A stretch of DNA of 64,000 nucleotides from a virus (Duplodnaviria > Caudoviricetes), in IMG/VR virus record IMGVR_UViG_3300014204_000113, positions 96,001-160,000 of that record. One strand, given 5' to 3'. Of this stretch, positions 29,726 to 36,997 are shown piece by piece. The notes under the pieces are model-generated. The model was given only the letters and a program-made list of their open reading frames with translations, was not told the origin of the DNA and ran no database searches. The translations under genes and the position numbers were made by a program. The number at the start of each line of letters is the position of its first letter. Positions within the stretch are counted from its first letter, which is position 1.

Positions 29726-30410
29726 ATCCAAGAAACCTAAAGGTATCTCTCCAGAAGAATTCTTAAAAAACCTTAACACTCTAGATTTGTTGGATGGGAA
29801 TTTTTCTGATAATGATGCCTTAGCTCTTATGAAATTAGCTAAAGAATCAATCAAAGATAAAAGTGGACCTTTTAATTTTTTAGAAATTGGAACATGGAAG
29901 GGGAAATCACTTATTTGTCTCTCTGTTATAATAAGTAAATTCCCAGAAAGTAAAATTTTTGCTATAGACCATTTTAAAGGTACATTTGGAACAAACGAAG
30001 AACAACTTGCTAAAACTAATGACATATTGACAACTTGTAAAAATAATTTAAAAATAGTAAATGCTAGTGATATTGTTTGTCTATTAAATATGAATTACTT
30101 TGATGCAATCAAAATATTAAAGCAAAAATTTTTTGACTTTATATATATTGATATGGACAATAGTTATCAAGTAATGAAAAGTGTTTTGTGTGATTCTAGA
30201 AATTTAATTAAAAGTGGAGGAATGATATGTGGAAGAAATTTAATTGCAGATTATCTAGATGTAAAAGAAATTATAGACTCTAATCTTAATAAAGAATATT
30301 TAGAAGAATCAAAAATGCATCCTGGAATTATACGATCTGTCTATGATGTTTTTGCAAATAAATATCAAAAAATGGATAATAGTTCTTTTTGGTATTGGAT
30401 TAATAATTAA
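29709..30410 (+). CDS. Class I SAM-dependent methyltransferase (Methyltransf_24-like)
   Basis: LEIGTWKGKS, IDHF, FIYID, GGMICG; paralogous to the C-terminus of 26025-27674. Confidence 0.8.
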   Translation: MSKKTKSKKPKGISPEEFLKNLNTLDLLDGNFSDNDALALMKLAKESIKDKSGPFNFLEIGTWKGKSLICLSVIISKFPESKIFAIDHFKGTFGTNEEQLAKTNDILTTCKNNLKIVNASDIVCLLNMNYFDAIKILKQKFFDFIYIDMDNSYQVMKSVLCDSRNLIKSGGMICGRNLIADYLDVKEIIDSNLNKEYLEESKMHPGIIRSVYDVFANKYQKMDNSSFWYWINN

Positions 30411-30435
30411 TAATATTTGGTAATATCCAACTGGA

Positions 30436-30530
30436 TATTGTGTTGTAATGTTCTGTGTTGTGTGGCGCTGTAGTGTAATGTTAAGTCCTGTAGTGTGGCG
30501 TAGTGTGTTGTTATGTGTTCTATTCTAAGG
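30436..30530 (+). repeat. Array A3: 19 pentamer units with mainly TGT constant triplet plus variable NN, directly upstream of the RAMP-like gene
   Basis: TATTG TGTTG TAATG TTCTG TGTTG TGTGG CGCTG TAGTG TAATG TTAAG TCCTG TAGTG TGGCG TAGTG TGTTG TTATG TGTTC TATTC TAAGG, then hairpin GGATTC-tgtatt-GAATCC (30531-30548). Confidence 0.9.
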
Positions 30531-30574
30531 GGATTCTGTATTGAATCCAAAATAAATTTAAGGAGAATTAAATA

Positions 30575-31141
30575 ATGAAAATTAAAGTTACAATTCAAGG
30601 AACAGTTCCAATTTTATTTAATCGTTTTGCAGAAGAGAATGAAGTTAAAGTTGCTTCTGGAATTAATCCAGTTCAAGGAGGACAAAGAGGAACGCCTAGA
30701 GAACAAGCAGAAAAGAAACTATATCAAGACGTGGATGGGAATTTGTTTCTTCCAAGTCCTATGTTATTTTCTTGTTTAGTAGATGCTGGTAAATTCCATA
30801 AAGTGGGAAGAAATAAAGTTACGACTCAGAAGACTTCTTTAGTTCCTGCCGGTATATCTGTTGAAGAATTAATCATTCCGTTTAATACTAAAGATTGGGA
30901 AATTGATTCTAGAAGCGTTGTGATACCATCTACTGGTGGTAGAATCATGTGTCACAGACCCCGGCTTGATGAGTGGCAATTAACTTTCACTTTGGATGTT
31001 GATACAACAATGTTTGATCCTAAGTTTGTTAGGACTCTTATGGATGATGCAGGCAAGAAATGTGGCTTGGGTGATTATAGACCTAATCGTAAAGGGCCAT
31101 TTGGTAAATTTGTTGTGATTAATTGGGAAGAAGAAAAATAA
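30575..31141 (+). CDS. Stand-alone RAMP/Cas7-like RNA-binding protein (candidate effector of the pentamer arrays)
   Basis: N-terminal strand IKVTIQGTVPILF, LFLPSPMLFSCL (compare the IPGSSxKG helix of Cas7-group RAMPs), C-terminal Gly-rich loop GLGDYRPNRKGPFGKF; AAGGAG RBS; no other cas genes in the window. Confidence 0.7.
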   Translation: MKIKVTIQGTVPILFNRFAEENEVKVASGINPVQGGQRGTPREQAEKKLYQDVDGNLFLPSPMLFSCLVDAGKFHKVGRNKVTTQKTSLVPAGISVEELIIPFNTKDWEIDSRSVVIPSTGGRIMCHRPRLDEWQLTFTLDVDTTMFDPKFVRTLMDDAGKKCGLGDYRPNRKGPFGKFVVINWEEEK

Positions 31142-31169
31142 TAAAAAATAAGATCAAGGATGGAGAATT

Positions 31170-31475
31170 ATGAAATTTGAATTAATGAAAGAATTAAACG
31201 AATTAATTCTTTCTATTGACAACCCGGTTGAAACAGCAACAGATTGGCTTTTTGATTATCAAACCTATAGTTATAATTATATAAGCGCAGAAACAAAAAA
31301 TAGAGTTGATAAACAAGAAGAATGGTTAAATTTACATCAACAACCTATTCTTTTAGGCGAGGAAATACAAACTGAAGAAGAAACGCTTGAGGAAATACTT
31401 GATGAACTTGAATCTTGGCTTCCTGCTCTTCAATCTGCTATTTGGGCAGTAAAAGAACTAAAGAAGGAATATTGA
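31170..31475 (+). CDS. Acidic hypothetical protein
   Basis: GGAG RBS; 101-aa Glu-rich ORF. Confidence 0.6.
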   Translation: MKFELMKELNELILSIDNPVETATDWLFDYQTYSYNYISAETKNRVDKQEEWLNLHQQPILLGEEIQTEEETLEEILDELESWLPALQSAIWAVKELKKEY

Positions 31476-31485
31476 GGGTAAATAG

Positions 31486-32042
31486 ATGACAGTATGGTTC
31501 AGTGGAGACCAGCATCTTTCGCATGACTCTAAACATGGAGGAATAATCCAATATTGTAATCGTCCATTTGTAAGTTTGAAAGAAATGAATTCAGTAATTA
31601 TTGATAGAATGTTAGAAAAAGTTCATAAAGGAGATACATTATATTCTTTAGGCGATTTAACTTTCAAAAAAGATGTTGCTTTAAAGTTTGTTGAAATAAT
31701 TAAAAAAAATAACATCAATTTAATTTATATAAGAGGGAATCACGATAAAAATATCCTTCCTATTTTGAACACAGAAGGAATAAAAGTATATGATTTATTA
31801 ACAATAAATATTGCAAAACAACCTATAGTTTTGTGCCACTATGCGATGAGGACTTGGGACAATGGAGTTGCCATAACTCTTGGCAACTCCATTGTCACAG
31901 TCACCACACACTATCTCCGCAAGGTAAACAACTAGATTGTGGGGTGGATGGATTTGATTTTTATCCAGTTTCTTATGATACGGTAAGAAACATTATGAAG
32001 ACAAGACCTGATAATTTTAATTTAACGAAAGGTAGAATTTAA
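31486..32042 (+). pseudogene. Calcineurin-like metallophosphoesterase split by a frameshift near 31860
   Basis: GDQH, LGD, GNHD and LCHYAM lie in one frame; the continuation SWQLHCHSH...DCGVD lies in the -1 frame. Confidence 0.75.
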
Positions 32043-32186
32043 AATTCCTACTAGAAACTACCTCTCAGAAGGTTATTTTCACGCCTGAAAATGCGTAGAT
32101 ATCACCCAGAATGAACGATAATTTAAAAGAGGTAGTTTGATAGGTAATTTTAAAAAACGACCAGTTTTGAGGCTAATAATGATGAT

Positions 32187-32261
32187 TGTGGTCTGGTTAG
32201 GTTAGGTGAGGTGAGGTCAGGCTGGGTGGGGTGCGGTAAGGTGTGGTATGGTAGGGCGAGG
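32187..32261 (+). repeat. Array A4: 15 pentamer units GGY+NN (candidate guide RNA)
   Basis: TGTGG TCTGG TTAGG TTAGG TGAGG TGAGG TCAGG CTGGG TGGGG TGCGG TAAGG TGTGG TATGG TAGGG CGAGG. Confidence 0.95.
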
Positions 32262-32291
32262 GAACTGACTCATTTACAGATGAGTCAGTTC
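32262..32291 (+). terminator. 12-bp hairpin closing array A4
   Basis: GAACTGACTCAT-ttacag-ATGAGTCAGTTC, then ATTTTAAAC. Confidence 0.75.
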
Positions 32292-32330
32292 ATTTTAAAC
32301 TAAGAATCTTACGGATGTTAATAAGGAGGA

Positions 32331-32777
32331 TTGATGGACTTTCTTGTTCTCTCAAGGCAACAATCTGAATTGATTGACCCAACTAAAAGCCATATTATCA
32401 TATCAATTACAGACCCATTTGATGTTCCTGCCAATTTATTTCCGAATGATAATTGCAAAGGAATATTGCAATTATCATTCCATGACATTGATTCAGAAGT
32501 TATAGCAGACAAACATAAATTGGAATTGTTTACGAGAGAACAAGCAAGAAAAATTCTTGATTTTGTTGATGAAAATATAAACAATATCGAATTGATTATC
32601 GTAGCGTGTGAGGCTGGTATCAGTAGATCATCATCTGTTGCCGCTTTTTTAAGTGAGATATATAATGGACATGATTCTGGTTTCTTTAGAACTCATATTC
32701 CAAATAGGTTTGTTTTTAAACAATTGATGTATGAACATGAGAATATAAATATAGAGGACATGTTTTTAAACAATTGA
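32331..32777 (+). CDS. Dual-specificity/tyrosine phosphatase-like protein
   Basis: CEAGISRS (CX5R P-loop), LSFHD, PNRFV. Confidence 0.8.
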   Translation: MMDFLVLSRQQSELIDPTKSHIIISITDPFDVPANLFPNDNCKGILQLSFHDIDSEVIADKHKLELFTREQARKILDFVDENINNIELIIVACEAGISRSSSVAAFLSEIYNGHDSGFFRTHIPNRFVFKQLMYEHENINIEDMFLNN

Positions 32778-32810
32778 TGTATGAACATGAGAATATAAAT
32801 ATAGAGGACA
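32711..32810. repeat. Exact 50-bp tandem duplication
   Basis: TGTTTTTAAACAATTGATGTATGAACATGAGAATATAAATATAGAGGACA occurs twice, followed by TGTTT. Confidence 0.95.
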
Positions 32811-33011
32811 TGTTTGTATAAAATCAACTGAATAAAGGAGGAGATGATGATTAATTGTTTATGTGATAAGATTAATTCATTTATAAGATTTATTATATTT
32901 ATTCTAACCTTATTTCTACTTGCTTTTGGAGGATTATTTGTTTTAATTGGACAAGGAATCTTATTTGTCGCTGAAAAAACAATTGTTTGTTCATTAAAGG
33001 AGAAGTAGTTA

Positions 33012-33194
33012 ATGGCTTTGAAATTAACAATTTATAGAGAATTCATCTTAGACGATTTATGGGGAACCAAAGAAGAATTTGACGAACTAGGTGAAAATAC
33101 ATTTCTAGATATGATTGCTGATGCAGACCCATTAAGTATCATTGAAGAGGCGGGTGGCTTTAGAGAAATATTTAGAAAATTAGAATGGATTTGA
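33012..33194 (+). CDS. Hypothetical protein (last gene of the + strand block)
   Basis: AAGGAG RBS, 60 aa. Confidence 0.55.
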   Translation: MALKLTIYREFILDDLWGTKEEFDELGENTFLDMIADADPLSIIEEAGGFREIFRKLEWI

Positions 33195-33553
33195 AAATAA
33201 TAGTTATTGTATATCTTTCTACTATTGTTGTGGAGGCTGGAACTGCTGGAGTTAAGTTGTTTCCCCAAATACTACGGACATACCCGACTCTCAACGCCCC
33301 GGACACCCTCATCTTTTGTGACTGTCGTGGTCTTCCGTAACACCGTAGACGCTATGGCCTCTCCGGTTTGCTTCCAAGCGGTTGCGGCAGAGTTCACCTC
33401 ATAAGAAGCAGACGTGGCTACCGTCCAGGCCCGACAAAATGGATAACCCAGTCTGGCATATTGATTTCCCTCCCTTCACTGCGTGGCTGTTTGTTAACCC
33501 AAACTACTGAATCCACATATTAATCTGCGCATCATCAATCCAGGTTATCCTAT

Positions 33554-34000
33554 TCATGCCAATTCTACTCTCCCCAGGAGAACTTCAAGTTTTACCTTGG
33601 GATCGGACAAGTCATTGGGAGTGAAATCAATCACCGGAGTTTTCCCAGCTATGATCTCCGCTTTGAGGGTGTAATACTGTCCCAGGACGCTTTGTACCCA
33701 AACCCAAGCCGCTTCGATTGCCGCTTTGAGTTCCGGGGTTGCAGAAGGGCCAACATAGAGGGCCGTGAAGCTTTGCTGTGTGCTCTGGGCATAGTGCGAA
33801 TAGATATAGCTGTGCAGTGCTGTTTCCAACGCTGCCAGCCGAGAGTCAATCAATTCTTGTGCCAGCAACGCCGCCCTCTCAGGGAACGCCGCAAGCTTTT
33901 CATCTTCGGTAAGTTCACGGTCAAACACAACCTCCCAGGGTTGTTCCATGCCGAGGTCGATTGATCGCACACTATTGCCATTGTCTGAATACGCAAACAT
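33554..34000 (-). CDS. Putative tail fibre assembly/chaperone protein
   Basis: Directly downstream of the tail fibre genes; AGGAG RBS. Confidence 0.55.
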   Translation of the reverse strand: MFAYSDNGNSVRSIDLGMEQPWEVVFDRELTEDEKLAAFPERAALLAQELIDSRLAALETALHSYIYSHYAQSTQQSFTALYVGPSATPELKAAIEAAWVWVQSVLGQYYTLKAEIIAGKTPVIDFTPNDLSDPKVKLEVLLGRVELA

Positions 34001-34010
34001 TGTTGATCTC

Positions 34011-35747
34011 CTAAAGGTTATCTATCCAGCCATAACAAAACAAGTGAGCGTTAGCATTGTTGGATGCATAATAGATGTTAGTACTTTCAAGCATCAAAGC
34101 AGCCACGCCACCCAAAGCTACGGAAATTGAATATAATAATGGACTATTGGTGTAATTGCCCCAACCTCCATAGGAATTATTAGGAGCCACTATAATTTGC
34201 ACATCTGACAGTGCATAGTTTATGATAATTTGGGCGGCAGTCGGAGGTACAAAGTTACCAACTGCAACAGCTACCCAAGTTGGTGTACTAATATTTCCTT
34301 GTACCCCACTTGCCATCGTGGGCAATCCAGTGCCGGTATTGATATACTGGACCGACTTATCTTTTTGAATAGTTCGCAGCAAATTGGCGCTTGCATCTGC
34401 CCGCACCCACCCTAACCGGGCAGCATAAGTATAGCCATCTGGCAACGTCGGGGCCGTGGCAGAGAGGGAAAGCAGCCCAGCCAGATCATCCGTGGTGGGG
34501 TTATAGGCCGCATGGACGGCATACCAAGTGCTAACTGCAACCGTCCCCGTATCAAGACCACCCGCCCCGGAAACTGCGGTATCTATGTCAATATCAACTG
34601 TCCGCACCGTCTTGTATTTGTTGTCAGGGTCCTCAAGTACCACTTCGTCGGCAGTGACAGTAATCTCCGTGTTAGATGTAACCTGTATTTGGAGGTTGCT
34701 TGCCTGGCCCTTAATGCCGACTTTGCTGGGCTCAAGTGATTCAATACTTACCCCACTATCACCTTTCCATTCACCATATTTAATATAGACCAAAGACCCA
34801 TAGACAATAGTTCCTGCCCCATCAAATATCTGATATGGACCAGCGTCCAGGGTCCCATTAATTGTCAGGGTTTTTCCGACAGCTATCGTCAGGACATTAC
34901 CGGGCGGGATGACCAAATTAGTGGCGACATTGATGGCCATGTCATCAGAGATCGTTGCTGTTTCGGTTATTTCCAGCCGGGTATCTACCGACCCAATACA
35001 GGCTATGGCCGTCGCCAGGTCCGCAAACCAACCGGAATACACAGTAGACCCGGCGGCAAAAACTACCTTCCCCGTGCCGGTGCAGGAGAAGATTTGATAG
35101 AGGCCGGCGTCGAGGGAGCCGTTGATAGTAAGAGTTTTGGTAGTAGCTACGGCAAACGGTACCCCCGGCTGAACCGTAACCATCGGGGCTGCCAGGGTCA
35201 CATCGTCGTCAATCGTGTAGGCGTAGGTGATGCGCAGTTCTTTGTCCGCCGCAGCCGCCACCGCATCCGCAGTTTCCAGGGCGGCTCGGTCGGTGCCGTA
35301 ATCCCGGGCCACCACGTAGCCCGGGCCATTGGGCCACAGGCCGTCTCGGGTGGCAACTACATAGACTCGGGTGATTGGATCCGTAAGAACAGTGTCCGAC
35401 AAATTAACTGTGGTGGTAGGCGCAGCGTAAGAAGATGAGGCCACAGTGGAATAGGCCATCCCAGCGGCCACCTGGACCTGCACCACAGCACCAGCGGCGA
35501 ATCTGGAAGTGTAGTCGCCGGGCAAGGTAAAAGTGTCAGCGTCAGAATAGGTGCAGGTGACTGGGATCATGGTCACGATCTGATCTTCAATAGCCCAATT
35601 GTTAATTAAATCTGGTAAAGGAACAAGAGTCTGTAAAAAAGCATCTGTGGCATCCAGGGCAGCATTATATGCATTATAAGCAGTAGGACCACTTTCTCGA
35701 TAAGGAGGCTTTGGAAAAAAATTATTGGGAGTATATTCCATAGTCAT
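34011..35747 (-). CDS. Tail fibre / receptor-binding protein
   Basis: A/T/G-rich beta-type sequence; internal repeat KTLTINGxLDAGxYQIF twice; GAGGLDTG...WYAV...PTLPDGY module typical of fibres. Confidence 0.7.
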   Translation of the reverse strand: MTMEYTPNNFFPKPPYRESGPTAYNAYNAALDATDAFLQTLVPLPDLINNWAIEDQIVTMIPVTCTYSDADTFTLPGDYTSRFAAGAVVQVQVAAGMAYSTVASSSYAAPTTTVNLSDTVLTDPITRVYVVATRDGLWPNGPGYVVARDYGTDRAALETADAVAAAADKELRITYAYTIDDDVTLAAPMVTVQPGVPFAVATTKTLTINGSLDAGLYQIFSCTGTGKVVFAAGSTVYSGWFADLATAIACIGSVDTRLEITETATISDDMAINVATNLVIPPGNVLTIAVGKTLTINGTLDAGPYQIFDGAGTIVYGSLVYIKYGEWKGDSGVSIESLEPSKVGIKGQASNLQIQVTSNTEITVTADEVVLEDPDNKYKTVRTVDIDIDTAVSGAGGLDTGTVAVSTWYAVHAAYNPTTDDLAGLLSLSATAPTLPDGYTYAARLGWVRADASANLLRTIQKDKSVQYINTGTGLPTMASGVQGNISTPTWVAVAVGNFVPPTAAQIIINYALSDVQIIVAPNNSYGGWGNYTNSPLLYSISVALGGVAALMLESTNIYYASNNANAHLFCYGWIDNL

Positions 35748-35761
35748 TTATTTATCCACCC

Positions 35762-36997
35762 TTAACTTGGAAGTCGATATGCAACCCGATAGCAATTGTT
35801 TGCATAAATATAATATTTACAGTTCAATATGCCTATATCAACTGTGCCCCAAGCTGAATCCCCAGTTACTGAAGTGCCAGAGTCTACGGTTTTGTTGGTA
35901 AGTAATGGATGGCCCGCTACGGCCCGTTCACCACTAAGCCACATTGTAAGTCTGGCTTCAGTCGCCATTGGGCAGGCAATACGAATATCTTCCACAACGA
36001 CAGAGCCAACAGAAATTTCATGGTTTCCGGTGCCCAAATTCCATTGGATTAAATCTCCGCACTGAATAAACCCGTCTATATTACTTGATGCATTGTTCAA
36101 TATATTGCCGATCCATCTGAAATTCGTGGCTGGCAAAACGATAAACCAGTCCCCTTGGGTCATGGTCAAAGCAGTACCGGAATATTCAATGGTGCCTCCA
36201 GTGGCATCATTATTGTTATTGTGAATGATGGGGCGCATTAGCCCCTTACTGGCACCAGATAAGACATAGATCATGGCCCCAATAAGCTCATCTGTGGTAA
36301 ACCCATAACCGATGTTTGCGGCGTTCAAATTATTACGAAGCGTGATAACCTGGGAAGCCTGGGAACTGAACCGCATGAAAGGCATGGCCTTAAGTTCAAA
36401 ATCGGTGTCGGTGTCTCCGGCCAGTGCAAAAATGGCATACCATTGCGAGGCCTTCTCCGTTTGGGTGGTCCCGTACAGCCCGCCAGCCCCAAAAATGCAG
36501 GAGACATTAGCCGTAATCGTTCTGACTTTTCCGTCGCTAAGTCCGCCGTCCGCCTGGCACACGGGGTTCATAATATTCGGCATCCCGGTCAAAGCTGTTT
36601 CGGCAGGGCAATCGGCGGTGGCTTCAACCCGTATCGTCCCGGCGTCTACCCACACCAGGGGCGGCTTCAGACGTACTGAGGGCTGGCTTTGGATTTGATT
36701 TTCCAGTGCCAGAAAATCAGCTTTGGTTATTGGTTGCCGCCCGAAATCCACCGTCTCGGTGCCTGCAAAAGTCTCAGCAACGTAGGTGGCCGTGATAACA
36801 ATTTCGTTAGTGGTTTTTGAGTTAATTGCATAAGCACCATCGTAATTGGTAGTCCCCGCAATGACCACCACTTGCTCTGCCAAAAACGCATGGCCAGTAA
36901 TAGGTAGTCCGACTTCTCCGCCACCCTTGTCTACGGCTGCGGCATTATCTATAGTATCAGATACCGCAGGTTGCCACTTTGGATTAGGAAAGGTCAT
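35762..36997 (-). CDS. Tail fibre / minor tail protein
   Basis: Position after the tail-tip gene; GAGGLYG...WYAIFA module similar to the neighbouring fibre. Confidence 0.6.
   Translation of the reverse strand: MTFPNPKWQPAVSDTIDNAAAVDKGGGEVGLPITGHAFLAEQVVVIAGTTNYDGAYAINSKTTNEIVITATYVAETFAGTETVDFGRQPITKADFLALENQIQSQPSVRLKPPLVWVDAGTIRVEATADCPAETALTGMPNIMNPVCQADGGLSDGKVRTITANVSCIFGAGGLYGTTQTEKASQWYAIFALAGDTDTDFELKAMPFMRFSSQASQVITLRNNLNAANIGYGFTTDELIGAMIYVLSGASKGLMRPIIHNNNNDATGGTIEYSGTALTMTQGDWFIVLPATNFRWIGNILNNASSNIDGFIQCGDLIQWNLGTGNHEISVGSVVVEDIRIACPMATEARLTMWLSGERAVAGHPLLTNKTVDSGTSVTGDSAWGTVDIGILNCKYYIYANNCYRVAYRLPS

Noticed and set aside
30407-30598. Minus-strand 63-aa ORF (TTHYATLQDLTLHYSATQH...)
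   Set aside because: Antisense reading of array A3, opposite to the operon direction.
16661-32261. Pentamer arrays as CRISPR arrays, simple microsatellites or telomere-like/G-quadruplex repeats
   Set aside because: They lack 23-50 nt repeats with spacers. The units are not homogenised and variation is confined to two positions. The TGT array has the same architecture but cannot form G-quartets. G4 formation by the GG arrays is not excluded as a side property.
16661-32261. Self-targets of the NN strings within this window
   Set aside because: None noticed by eye, but a gapped search could not be run, so no target is claimed.
33207-36997. Diversity-generating retroelement acting on the tail fibres (suggested by the BPP-1-like capsid)
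   Set aside because: No reverse transcriptase and no template/variable repeat pair seen in the window.
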